A DNA stretch of 29,379 nt from positions 1 to 29,379 of IMG/VR virus record IMGVR_UViG_3300029930_000010; one strand, given 5' to 3'. This stretch comes from a virus (lineage: Duplodnaviria; Caudoviricetes). Each line of letters begins with the position of its first letter. The stretch's first letter is position 1. Shown piece by piece: positions 8,555 through 16,868 of the stretch. Both the position numbers and the translations under genes were made by a program. The notes beneath the pieces were generated by a model. That model was not told where the DNA came from. It saw nothing but the letters and a program-made list of their open reading frames with translations, and searched no databases.

Positions 8555-10947
8555 TGAGCCTCTTAGCAAACTCCAATGCCATTGAGGCAGGCGGCTACCA
8601 GATTAGCCGTAGTGTGCGTTTGCGCTCTAGTGCGAATGCTTATTTGAATAGGACGCTGACAACACCGACAAACAACAAGATTTACACTTATAGCCTGTGG
8701 GCAAAAAGAGGTACGCTTGGCTCGGCGCAAATGTTATTGTCTGGCGGCGATGGTTCTTCAAACAATGATGCATGGTTTGGTTTTAATTCAAGCGATCAAC
8801 TTGTGTTTGCAAGTTTGACTGGAGGTGCTTATAAGATTCAAGTAAACACTTCAGCGGTTTTTCGTGATCCTAGTGCTTTTTATTCAATTGTTTTATTTGT
8901 TGACAATACGCAGGCAACTAATAGCAATGGAATAAAAATATATGTTAATGGCGTAAATCAAACATTAACATATACAACATGGGTTCAAAACGGTGGCTCT
9001 AGCATAAATACTGCCAATCCTCATTACATTGGCAGGCTTAATTATTCTGCCATTCAATACCTCGACGGATACCTCACCGAAATCAACTTCATTGACGGAC
9101 AAGCCCTAACCCCATCTAGCTTCGGAGAAACAGACACCATCACCGGCTCTTGGGTTGCAAAGAAATACACAGGAACCTATGGCACAAATGGCTTCTACTT
9201 GAACTTCAGCGACAACAGCGCAGCAACATCCACCACCATTGGCAAGGACTATTCAGGCAACGCCAACAACTGGACACCTAACAACATCAGCGTCACCGCA
9301 GGAACCACCTACGACTCCATGCTAGATGTGCCAAGCGGGAATGGCTACGCAGATGGCGGCAATGGGCGGGGGAATTACGCTACGCTGAATCCGTTGGAAA
9401 ACACAGGGAATACTTTATCTGCTGCCAATTTAACTGCAACTAGTGGATCAAACTGGTATAACACCAAATCAACTATTGGAATGCTATCTGGAAAATGGTA
9501 TTGTGAATTTGTACACACAACCGCAGTTAACTATACACAAGTTGGAGTATTTAAAACAGAGTCACCTCTTAGTACAAGCACATACTTTTCTGTTTCTGCA
9601 AATGGATGGTCATATAGTGCCGCCTTTGGCGAATTGCGTAATAACGATGTTTCGACTACTTCTGGCATATCAACAAGTGCTGTTGGAGATATAATAAATA
9701 TTGCAGTAGATGTAGATGCTGGGAAACTATGGTTTGGTAAAAACGGGACATGGTTTAACAGCGGCAATCCTGCGTCTGGAACAAATGCTGCCTATACTAA
9801 TCTTAGCGGTGGAATGTCGTTTGTTGTTGGCACTAACTCTACGGCTGTTATCAATGCCAACTTCGGTCAGCGCCCCTTCAGCTACACGCCACCGTCAGGT
9901 TTCAAGGCGCTGAACACAACCAACCTGTCTGATCCGACTGTTAAGAATGGCGGCAGTTATTTTAATTCTGTGCTTTATACGGGTAATGGAACTGGACAAA
10001 CAATAAGTACCGTTGGATTTCAGCCAGATTTAGTTTGGGTGAAGAATAGAAATGTAGCGGGTAATAACCATAATTTACAAGACAGCGTTAGAGGGTTTTC
10101 GGTTGCGCTTTCCTCTAGTACGACAAACGCAGACTCAGCGGCATCGCAAGCAGTAAGTGGCGTTACATCTACTGGATTTACCCTTGGAAACAATAGCAAC
10201 GGCTATTCTGTAAATGAAAATACCTATACCTATGTCGCATGGAACTGGAAAGCCAACGGCACAGGCGTAACCAACACCGCAGGAACCATCACCAGCACGG
10301 TGAGCGCAAACACTACGGCTGGGTTTTCGATTGCCACAACAACTGGCACAGGCGGCGCTGGAACAATTGGTCATGGGCTTGGAGCAATTCCTCAATTCAT
10401 TATGAGTTTTCGTAGGAATACTGCTGCTGACCATTATTGCTACCATCAGGCAATTGGCAATACTAATTTCTTGGTGTTAAACACTACTGCCGCTAGTGCC
10501 GCATCAGCAAATCTGTGGAACAACACAACGCCGACATCTACTGTGTTCTCTGTTGGCAATACCAACAATAATAGTGGCGATACTTATGTCCATTATATTT
10601 TTGCCGCCATCCCCGGCTATTCAGCCTTTGGCAAGTACACGGGCAATGGAAGCACGGATGGGCCATTTGTGTACTGTGGGTTTAGACCTAGATATGTTCT
10701 TTACAAGCGATCTGATAGCACTGGCGATTGGTATGTGTGGGACACGGCGCGAGATACGGTGAATGTGGCTGGTAACGGTTTGTTTCCTAACTATTCGATT
10801 GCGGAAGTCGCATACGGAACAATTCTCGACATTCTGTCTAACGGGTTCAAGCTACGCACAAACGGTGTTGTAGGAAACGCCAGCGGCGGCACATACATCT
10901 ACGCCGCATTCGCAGAAAATCCATTCAAATATTCCAACGCCCGCTGA
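8554..10947 (+). CDS. Receptor-binding tail fibre/adhesin with ConA/LamG-like and SPRY-like domains
   Basis: 797 aa. LamG-like 'YTYSLWAKR...IKIYVNG...YLDGYLTEINFIDGQAL', SPRY-like 'GKWYCE...INIAVDVDAGKLWFGKNG', and repeated YTGNG / F-x-P motifs in the C-terminal half. Confidence 0.75.
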   Translation: MSLLANSNAIEAGGYQISRSVRLRSSANAYLNRTLTTPTNNKIYTYSLWAKRGTLGSAQMLLSGGDGSSNNDAWFGFNSSDQLVFASLTGGAYKIQVNTSAVFRDPSAFYSIVLFVDNTQATNSNGIKIYVNGVNQTLTYTTWVQNGGSSINTANPHYIGRLNYSAIQYLDGYLTEINFIDGQALTPSSFGETDTITGSWVAKKYTGTYGTNGFYLNFSDNSAATSTTIGKDYSGNANNWTPNNISVTAGTTYDSMLDVPSGNGYADGGNGRGNYATLNPLENTGNTLSAANLTATSGSNWYNTKSTIGMLSGKWYCEFVHTTAVNYTQVGVFKTESPLSTSTYFSVSANGWSYSAAFGELRNNDVSTTSGISTSAVGDIINIAVDVDAGKLWFGKNGTWFNSGNPASGTNAAYTNLSGGMSFVVGTNSTAVINANFGQRPFSYTPPSGFKALNTTNLSDPTVKNGGSYFNSVLYTGNGTGQTISTVGFQPDLVWVKNRNVAGNNHNLQDSVRGFSVALSSSTTNADSAASQAVSGVTSTGFTLGNNSNGYSVNENTYTYVAWNWKANGTGVTNTAGTITSTVSANTTAGFSIATTTGTGGAGTIGHGLGAIPQFIMSFRRNTAADHYCYHQAIGNTNFLVLNTTAASAASANLWNNTTPTSTVFSVGNTNNNSGDTYVHYIFAAIPGYSAFGKYTGNGSTDGPFVYCGFRPRYVLYKRSDSTGDWYVWDTARDTVNVAGNGLFPNYSIAEVAYGTILDILSNGFKLRTNGVVGNASGGTYIYAAFAENPFKYSNAR

Positions 10948-10958
10948 TAGGAGCAACT

Positions 10959-11546
10959 ATGTATTACTCAAAAACAGAAAATAAACACATTTCCGAATAT
11001 ACCCAATTCACCTTGGGTGGCATCACATACCCACAGCAATGGCTAACTCAAGCAACGCCTGAGCAGAAGGCAGCTATTGGGCTAGAGGAAGTGGTGGTCA
11101 CAGGCAGCAGAGCAGATGACCGCTTCTACTGGGTGAGCGAAAACCTAGTAGGCGCATCCCTGTCCTACACCAACACACCTAAGCTGTTGGATGACAGGGA
11201 AGAGGTGGATGAGAATGGTCAGCCCATGTATGTCAAGGTGCTGGACAACTCAGACCCTGCCAATCCTGTGATGGTTGATAGCACAGAACGACTAGTCACC
11301 AAGGGTCTTAAATCAACCCACAAGTCGATGATTGACGCTCAGGTGTATTCCACCCTGCAACCGTCTGATTGGATGGCTGCAAGAGCGTTTGAGACAGGCA
11401 CAGAGATGGATGCTGCATGGAAGACATGGAGAGCATCTGTGCGCTCAACAGCCACAGCAGTAAAGGCAGACATTGATGCCTGCACCACGGTTGAGCAGTT
11501 GATGGACATTGTGAAGAATTGGCAAATGCCAGAGGCTCCTAAATGA
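10959..11546 (+). CDS. Tail fibre assembly chaperone-like protein
   Basis: Follows the fibres. C-terminal 'LQPSDWM...WKTWRASVR...W..P' chaperone-type pattern. AGGAG RBS. Confidence 0.6.
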   Translation: MYYSKTENKHISEYTQFTLGGITYPQQWLTQATPEQKAAIGLEEVVVTGSRADDRFYWVSENLVGASLSYTNTPKLLDDREEVDENGQPMYVKVLDNSDPANPVMVDSTERLVTKGLKSTHKSMIDAQVYSTLQPSDWMAARAFETGTEMDAAWKTWRASVRSTATAVKADIDACTTVEQLMDIVKNWQMPEAPK

Positions 11547-11743
11547 GTGATGAATCCCTAGACACAAAGTTCTCTGTGCATGAGGCAGTCTGTGCCAAGC
11601 GTTATGAGGCAATCGAGAAGCGACTCGATGATGGCAGCAAGCGCATGAGTCGCATTGAGATACTGCTTTACATCACTATTGCAGCGGTGTTTCTAGGGCC
11701 GGGCGTGGCGGCAATGTTCGTGAAGAAAGTGATTGGCATATGA
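11543..11743 (+). CDS. Small coiled-coil plus 1-TM protein (holin/antiholin-like candidate)
   Basis: 'HEAVCAKRYEAIEKRL' coiled coil followed by a hydrophobic helix. First gene of the lysis cluster. Confidence 0.5.
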   Translation: MSDESLDTKFSVHEAVCAKRYEAIEKRLDDGSKRMSRIEILLYITIAAVFLGPGVAAMFVKKVIGI

Positions 11744-12234
11744 TCGATCCGGTCAGCGCCCTGTCAGCAGTACAGTCCGCAGTTGCCCTCATCAAGAAGG
11801 CAAGCAAGACTGTTGATGATGTTGCCAGCTTGGGGCCGATGATCGGAAAGTATTTTGATGCCAAGGCCACGGCTACCAAAGCAGTCAGAGAAGCAAAGCG
11901 CAAAGGCGGCTCTAACATGGGCAAGGCAATTGAACTAGAACTTGCCATTAAAGCACAAGCTGACTTTGAGCGTGAACTGCAAGGTCTGTTCTTTGCCAGC
12001 AACAACATGGACATCTGGCAAAACATCATGAAGCGGGTGGCAGAGATGAACGCTGCCGATGCTGAAGGCGCAAAGCAAGATGCGATTGCCGAGGCAAGGC
12101 GCAAGCGGCGTGAGCAGGAACTCAACGAGATCATCCTCGGCGTTGGCATAGCGATTGTTGCTGGCATCTTCTTGGCTTGGGCTGCGTATGAAGCGATTAC
12201 CTTTTGCTCGGCGGCCACGGTTTGCGGAAGATGA
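11740..12234 (+). CDS. Membrane-anchored helical protein, unknown function
   Basis: 164 aa with a C-terminal TM helix (IILGVGIAIVAGIFLAWAAY). ATGA-coupled at both ends. Confidence 0.65.
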   Translation: MIDPVSALSAVQSAVALIKKASKTVDDVASLGPMIGKYFDAKATATKAVREAKRKGGSNMGKAIELELAIKAQADFERELQGLFFASNNMDIWQNIMKRVAEMNAADAEGAKQDAIAEARRKRREQELNEIILGVGIAIVAGIFLAWAAYEAITFCSAATVCGR

Positions 12235-12332
12235 ACAAGATCATCATTGCCTTTGGAATCGTGGTGATGGCATTGTTCTTGATAATTCTTGGTGTGATTG
12301 ATTCAATGCTGTCTGCATTTCCAAGGCGATGA
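12231..12332 (+). CDS. 33-aa single-TM microprotein (not in ORF track)
   Basis: Translates as MNKIIIAFGIVVMALFLIILGVIDSMLSAFPRR*. ATGA overlaps at both start and stop. Confidence 0.65.
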   Translation: MNKIIIAFGIVVMALFLIILGVIDSMLSAFPRR

Positions 12333-12490
12333 GCAAGTGGCTTTGCAAAGAGATTACAGACGGCTTTGCCAAGTGGTTCAAACTGTTTTGCTATGGCTGC
12401 GGTGCGATCTGGTTGCTGGACTTGTTGCCAAAGCTGCCCGATGAGTTGGCCGCCCCGATTGCTGAGAGGATTGTTGGTCTAGTGAAATGA
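12329..12490 (+). CDS. 53-aa hydrophobic/amphipathic protein (not in ORF track)
   Basis: Translates as MSKWLCKEITDGFAKWFKLFCYGCGAIWLLDLLPKLPDELAAPIAERIVGLVK*. ATGA overlaps at both ends and it fills the gap exactly. Confidence 0.65.
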   Translation: MSKWLCKEITDGFAKWFKLFCYGCGAIWLLDLLPKLPDELAAPIAERIVGLVK

Positions 12491-12687
12491 GATTCTTGCT
12501 GATTGCAACTATCCTGATCCTTGCTGGATGCGAGGATAGGTATCGTTATCCCTGTCAGAATCCCAAGAACTTCTACAAGCCGGAGTGCCAAAAGCCAGCT
12601 TGTTTGTTCAGCCAGCAATGCCCAGAGTACCTAGTTGCACCAATACTGGAGAAGCAAGTTGGACAACAACCCGCTGAAAACAAATAA
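12487..12687 (+). CDS. Small Cys-rich lipoprotein
   Basis: Signal peptide with lipobox LAG-C (MRFLLIATILILAGC) and four further Cys in the mature part. Confidence 0.8.
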   Translation: MRFLLIATILILAGCEDRYRYPCQNPKNFYKPECQKPACLFSQQCPEYLVAPILEKQVGQQPAENK

Positions 12688-13171
12688 AGACTACCTATCC
12701 CCTGACGCAATCGAGGTCAGGGTCTGGGCATTTGTGGTGGTCATGGTCACTCTTGTGCTTGTGTTCATTGTTGCCATGCTGCTGTATTCAGTCACCTTTG
12801 TGACTCAGCCAATCAAGAGCATGGCTCCTATCGACCAGGCTTACACCAAGATGCTGAATGACATCGTGCTGCTGATTGTTGGTGGCATTGGTGGCATCAT
12901 GACAAAGAGAGCGGTCAAGAGTGTGGCCGATATAGTCACACCATCACATCCACCAGTCGCACCTCAGACTGCAAGTTCACCAGCACCAGTTGCAACCGGT
13001 CAATCGTCAGCACCTGCGACACAACCATTTGGCCAGCTACCTGTTTGGGTGAACCCGCCACTAGATGAGTCGTGGACTCCTGGCCCACCGCCAACGACAC
13101 CTGTTGACTACTTACCGCCTGAACGCGATGATATTGCACAGGAGAGAGCGGCGGCAAGGAGTGAGACATGA
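12659..13171 (+). CDS. Two-TM membrane protein with Pro-rich C-terminal tail
   Basis: TM1 VWAFVVVMVTLVLVFIVAMLLYSVTFV and TM2 IVLLIVGGIGGIM. Start placed at TTG 12659, which has GGAG 7 nt upstream; the ORF track gives 12635. Confidence 0.65.
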   Translation: MDNNPLKTNKDYLSPDAIEVRVWAFVVVMVTLVLVFIVAMLLYSVTFVTQPIKSMAPIDQAYTKMLNDIVLLIVGGIGGIMTKRAVKSVADIVTPSHPPVAPQTASSPAPVATGQSSAPATQPFGQLPVWVNPPLDESWTPGPPPTTPVDYLPPERDDIAQERAAARSET

Positions 13172-13665
13172 TTGGTTTACCTAATCCATACCTCATTTTA
13201 GGCGCGATTGTGACAGCGGTCACGGTCTATTTTGTCGGCCACCACAAAGGATGGGCGCAGCGGGATGCCGAGATGCAGGCAGAGATTGCCATCAAGAATG
13301 AGGAATCGCGTCAGAAGGAACAGAAACTGACCGAGCAAATCAATCAAACCGCAAGCAAACTTTCGGAGGCCAATGATGCTATCAACCAAAAACAAACTGC
13401 TCTTAATCGCGCTATTGCTGCTGGCAGGGTGCGCCTCCCGGCCGTCAGTTGTGTACAAACCGCCCCAAGTTCCTCCCCTCCCGCCGGAAATAGGGAAGAA
13501 ACAAGAAGCGAACCTGACAGACCGACTGACCAAACTTCTGATGCCGAGCGAGCAACCCTCGCCGCCATCGCAGAAATAGTGGCGCAGGGTGACAGGAACA
13601 CACAGCAACTCAATGCTTGCATTGATGCTTATAACAATCTGCGGGAGACGCTAAATGGTAAATAG
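13168..13665 (+). CDS. Inner-membrane spanin (Rz-like)
   Basis: N-terminal TM, coiled coil, 'GRVRL' and C-terminal 'QGDRNTQQLNACIDAY' Rz-type motifs. Adjacent to the endolysin. Confidence 0.85.
   Translation: MIGLPNPYLILGAIVTAVTVYFVGHHKGWAQRDAEMQAEIAIKNEESRQKEQKLTEQINQTASKLSEANDAINQKQTALNRAIAAGRVRLPAVSCVQTAPSSSPPAGNREETRSEPDRPTDQTSDAERATLAAIAEIVAQGDRNTQQLNACIDAYNNLRETLNGK
13373..13579 (+). CDS. Outer-membrane spanin (Rz1-like lipoprotein), fully embedded in Rz in the +1 frame
   Basis: GGAGG RBS, lipobox LLLAG-C, and a Pro-rich mature region (KPPQVPPLPP). Confidence 0.85.
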   Translation: MMLSTKNKLLLIALLLLAGCASRPSVVYKPPQVPPLPPEIGKKQEANLTDRLTKLLMPSEQPSPPSQK

Positions 13666-14254
13666 TGAGCAGTTACAGCGGCTGCACATTGGCGCTGAGT
13701 GGGTTGACCCGCTGAATGAGACATTTGCCAGATTTAACATCAGCACGATCAACCAGCAGGCCGCATTTATCGGGCAATGTGGGCATGAGTGTGGGAACTT
13801 TAGGGTACTGAAAGAAAACCTAAACTACCGAGCCGCAACCCTGATGAAGCTGTGGCCTAAGAGATTTCCCACATTGGAGATTGCCAATCAGTACGCGGGT
13901 CAGCCTAGTAAGATCGCCAACAAGGTTTACTGTGATCGCATGGGCAACCGCAATGAGGCATCAGGGGATGGCGCTAGATTTATTGGCCGAGGATGTATCC
14001 AGTTGACCGGCAGCAGCAACTACTACAATGCTGGCAAGGCTTTGGGAGTTGACTTCTGGGCTGATCCAGACCTTGTGGCGACACCTAAATACGCGGCACT
14101 GACCGCAGGCTGGTTCTGGGCAACTCACAAGTGCAATGAAGTCGCTCAGAATCAGGATTGGACAAGGCTAACCAAGATCATCAACGGCGGCACTATCGGC
14201 CTCCAAGATCGCATCAAGCATACGCTCGAAGCTATTCAGGTTATATCTGCTTGA
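13655..14254 (+). CDS. Endolysin, glycoside hydrolase family 19 (chitinase-like)
   Basis: 'AAFIGQCGHEC', 'ENLNY', 'FIGRGCIQLTG..NY', 'AGWFW' and 'TKIINGG..GL.DR' GH19 motifs. Confidence 0.92.
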   Translation: MVNSEQLQRLHIGAEWVDPLNETFARFNISTINQQAAFIGQCGHECGNFRVLKENLNYRAATLMKLWPKRFPTLEIANQYAGQPSKIANKVYCDRMGNRNEASGDGARFIGRGCIQLTGSSNYYNAGKALGVDFWADPDLVATPKYAALTAGWFWATHKCNEVAQNQDWTRLTKIINGGTIGLQDRIKHTLEAIQVISA

Positions 14255-14538
14255 ACAAGATTGGCAGCAACTTGCCAGTAGTTGTGCGTTCCCTTTGCGG
14301 CCTCGTGCTGAATCATTAGCAGGTTAACGATTCGCTCACGCTCTGCCCTGACTGCAACATCTTTGGCTTCATGCAATTCACGCATCACCTCAATAACCGC
14401 CATCTCATGCTTCAGCATGATGGCTTTAATCATCTCGATGGGCGTCTCAATCATTGCCATTGCCGCCGCTTTGTTCTTGTCGGCATCGGTCTTGGCTTTG
14501 ATGATTGCCTCTTGGTGTAGCTTGGATAGGGTTTTCAT
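14236..14538 (-). CDS. Hypothetical helical protein (100 aa), last gene of the leftward operon
   Basis: AAGGAG RBS, ATGA-coupled, and an 'AVRAERERI' pattern common in phage accessory proteins. Confidence 0.6.
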   Translation of the reverse strand: MKTLSKLHQEAIIKAKTDADKNKAAAMAMIETPIEMIKAIMLKHEMAVIEVMRELHEAKDVAVRAERERIVNLLMIQHEAAKGTHNYWQVAANLVQADIT

Positions 14539-15197
14539 GTGTTCTCCTTCAATTGATAATCTTTGAAAACTGTGCCTTTGCTGGCATCACCTTTCCAACA
14601 TTCTTTGACCCAACCACGCTTGCCTGATTTGTAAGTGCGGTAATAGCCTCTGACTTGATGCCTTCTTGGGCTTGCGTGTGTGCCACCTTGAGGGTCGTTC
14701 TTCGCTTTTGGCGGCTCAATCACAATTGTGTGCCAATCAAATGTCAATGCTGACTTGCCTTTTGCCTGCCGCTTTTGATTTAAAAATGTGCGCTTTGGGG
14801 TTGCCCTGTACCCTTGCGCTTGTGCATTGATTTTGACCAACACAGCAAGCACCATACGATGTACAGGCTTTACATCATCAAGCGTTATTGCTTTGTCTTT
14901 TTGGTAAATCTTAAACCCGTCATCAGTTGCCATGTAAGCATATGGCGGGAAGTATTTGCCATGCCACATTGAACAGCCTCCAACGGTCACAGAACCTTCG
15001 CCCTTGAGCAACCATAGGGCAAAGTCTTTCCCCGCTGTATCAAGGCCAACAATCCCCGTTCTTTTGGATGGAAGGTGCATCAAAAAATCTGCTGGCACTT
15101 TCATTTCAAGAGTGCTTTGCATTTGACCAACATCAAACCAAAGGGCAGTTTCGGGTTCTGGCGCAAATCTGACAGCTTTTTGCACAAGCGGTGTCAT
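14535..15197 (-). CDS. Hypothetical phage protein with basic C-terminal 'HASPRRHQVRGYYR...WVK' motif
   Basis: 220 aa, AAGGAG RBS, ATGA-coupled. The motif recurs in phage accessory proteins and may bind nucleic acid. Confidence 0.7.
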   Translation of the reverse strand: MTPLVQKAVRFAPEPETALWFDVGQMQSTLEMKVPADFLMHLPSKRTGIVGLDTAGKDFALWLLKGEGSVTVGGCSMWHGKYFPPYAYMATDDGFKIYQKDKAITLDDVKPVHRMVLAVLVKINAQAQGYRATPKRTFLNQKRQAKGKSALTFDWHTIVIEPPKAKNDPQGGTHASPRRHQVRGYYRTYKSGKRGWVKECWKGDASKGTVFKDYQLKENT

Positions 15198-15997
15198 GTG
15201 TTCTTCTCCTTGAGTTTGGCTTCGATGGCTCGGGCAAACTCATTAAAGCCGCCGCCCTCTTGCGTATCATCAAATGCGATGTCGATGTCCTGCTGGGTCA
15301 GCCCCACCCACGGCTTGCTTGCTGATGGGGATGTGTAGAGGGGTGTCATGTAGCGCACCAAGCTGTCGTGTATGTTGGGCTTAGTCCTAGAAATTGCTGG
15401 CCTCCACTGCTGCCCACGAAGATCAGTTGGGCCGTATCTAGCTATGTCATACATCCACGCCACTGGCTGGTGTGCTTTCTGCTCTGCAAGCAAATCGCTT
15501 CGTCCTGTGCAGTATCCATTTGTGTAGTTACATTGCTTGATGAAGTGATCGGCCAACTCACGGGCGCGGTGCTTGTTGATGCCTTCGCGCACAAGGTTGC
15601 CAACAACCATATCCATCATTGACATTTCTTCTTTTGATGTTGGCAAAGTGCCCAGCACTGGTGAAGCATCCCACGCAGCCATGTAGACGGATGACGCCAT
15701 GCCTTCATAGAGGCGCTCGTCATACCCTTCTTGGGCGCATTCATCCATTGCTCTCAGCATTTCTGGCGTTGCTTTCTTTGGCACAAGTTTCCAGTCAAGC
15801 GGAATCGGCCTTGGGATTGCAGGCACATAACCACCTCCGGGTGATGCAAACCCTTCCTTCTGCTGCTGTGCTGTCTGCTCGGCCAGTGCTTCGCGGATGG
15901 CGGTGATGGCCTTGTTAAGTTCTTTCTTGTCGTAGTCGCCATACTCAGCGTTTTCCAACGCCTCCAGCGCCAACTTCAATGCTTCGTCTTTGGTCAT
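15194..15997 (-). CDS. Mosaic accessory protein (267 aa), unknown function
   Basis: A string of short modules: ALKLALEALE, WKLVPKKATPEML, QPVAW...PLYTSP, KPWVGLT...FARAIEAKLKEKNT. Confidence 0.7.
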   Translation of the reverse strand: MTKDEALKLALEALENAEYGDYDKKELNKAITAIREALAEQTAQQQKEGFASPGGGYVPAIPRPIPLDWKLVPKKATPEMLRAMDECAQEGYDERLYEGMASSVYMAAWDASPVLGTLPTSKEEMSMMDMVVGNLVREGINKHRARELADHFIKQCNYTNGYCTGRSDLLAEQKAHQPVAWMYDIARYGPTDLRGQQWRPAISRTKPNIHDSLVRYMTPLYTSPSASKPWVGLTQQDIDIAFDDTQEGGGFNEFARAIEAKLKEKNT

Positions 15998-16230
15998 GTT
16001 TTTTTCCCCTTTGCCCGACTGAATGCAATGATGTTCATTTTGAACAGAACATTATCTGCCGTGAACAATCCACCATCCCTGTCAACCTTCTTACTGGCAT
16101 TTTCAACACCGCGTTTGACATAGGCTAAATGGGTCATCCATTTGTCAAGTTCTGTCTTATCCTGATTTCGCCAATCAAAGGCATTGCCCTTTGACTTGAC
16201 GATATTTGTTCCAGGCCAATATTCAATCAT
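15994..16230 (-). CDS. Hypothetical protein (78 aa, MIEYWPGTNIVKS...)
   Basis: ATG at 16230 overlaps the TGA of the upstream gene (ATGA). Corresponds to the 3' part of track ORF 15994..16593. Confidence 0.6.
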   Translation of the reverse strand: MIEYWPGTNIVKSKGNAFDWRNQDKTELDKWMTHLAYVKRGVENASKKVDRDGGLFTADNVLFKMNIIAFSRAKGKKT

Positions 16231-16436
16231 AGAGCCACCCATAACAACATCATGATCAAAAATGCCACGACTCCCATCAAATAACAGATATTGAGCAAGT
16301 AGCGTTCGATCTGGCGCTCTCCGAGGATTACGCTCTGCCAGAATTCCTCTTCGTGGCTCATGTAATTTCTCTTTGGCGGTTCGTAGTTGAGTCCGATTTG
16401 GACTTTGCCTGTGTGATACGGTAATGACTTTTTCAT
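16227..16436 (-). CDS. Hypothetical 69-aa protein with C-terminal TM helix
   Basis: GAGG RBS, ATGA coupling at both ends, hydrophobic C-terminus. Confidence 0.65.
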   Translation of the reverse strand: MKKSLPYHTGKVQIGLNYEPPKRNYMSHEEEFWQSVILGERQIERYLLNICYLMGVVAFLIMMLLWVAL

Positions 16437-16597
16437 GCTGTTTCTTCCTCATCAGATGGAGGACTATCCAATCCAGACCGATATTCGTCAAGGATGTATT
16501 CGTTTCTTTTTTCGCGCTCAGATAAACACATCCCTTGGCACTCTCCTGTCGGGAAGTTGCATAGGTAGTATTCGCAATGTGGTTGTACTTCAATCAT
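16433..16597 (-). CDS. 54-aa Cys-rich protein with acidic tail (not in ORF track)
   Basis: Translates as MIEVQPHCEYYLCNFPTGECQGMCLSEREKRNEYILDEYRSGLDSPPSDEEETA*. The stop is ATGA-coupled to the next gene. Confidence 0.55.
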   Translation of the reverse strand: MIEVQPHCEYYLCNFPTGECQGMCLSEREKRNEYILDEYRSGLDSPPSDEEETA

Positions 16598-16868
16598 TTG
16601 TTTTTCCATTGTTAGGCAACTCTAAGCGATACTCCCATAATCCTGCCCGTACTCTACGCCGATCAACTATGTACTTACCAAAACGTTTTTTGCGTAAGTC
16701 TCTGATACGTGCACTAATTGAGGCTTCAGTTCCTCCGCAGATTCTTACTAACTCTTTAAGTTGATGCCAGTTGCCGTCAAACATGACATTCCGTACCTTG
16801 ACTAATTGTGTCCATAGCCTGTCTGTGTCTTGGTCAGGATCAAACGTTTCTCCGTTAAATAATTTCAT
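16590..16868 (-). CDS. Winged-helix/HTH DNA-binding protein
   Basis: 'WHQLKEL...GGTEASISARIRDLRK..FG.Y.VDRRR' winged-HTH pattern. Confidence 0.65.
   Translation of the reverse strand: MKLFNGETFDPDQDTDRLWTQLVKVRNVMFDGNWHQLKELVRICGGTEASISARIRDLRKKRFGKYIVDRRRVRAGLWEYRLELPNNGKTND

Noticed and set aside
8554-10947. Diversity-generating retroelement targeting the tail fibre
   Set aside because: No reverse transcriptase ORF and no template/variable repeat pair differing at adenines was seen.
11676-12218. 180-aa minus-strand ORF and similar antisense ORFs (e.g. 3767-4156, 13198-13608, 19986-20411, 22055-22546)
   Set aside because: They are shadows of well-supported genes on the opposite strand, with no recognisable motifs or RBS.
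15994-16593. 199-aa minus-strand ORF from the track as a single gene
   Set aside because: It has a TTG start, and the region is tiled better by three ATGA-coupled genes (16433-16597, 16227-16436, 15994-16230).
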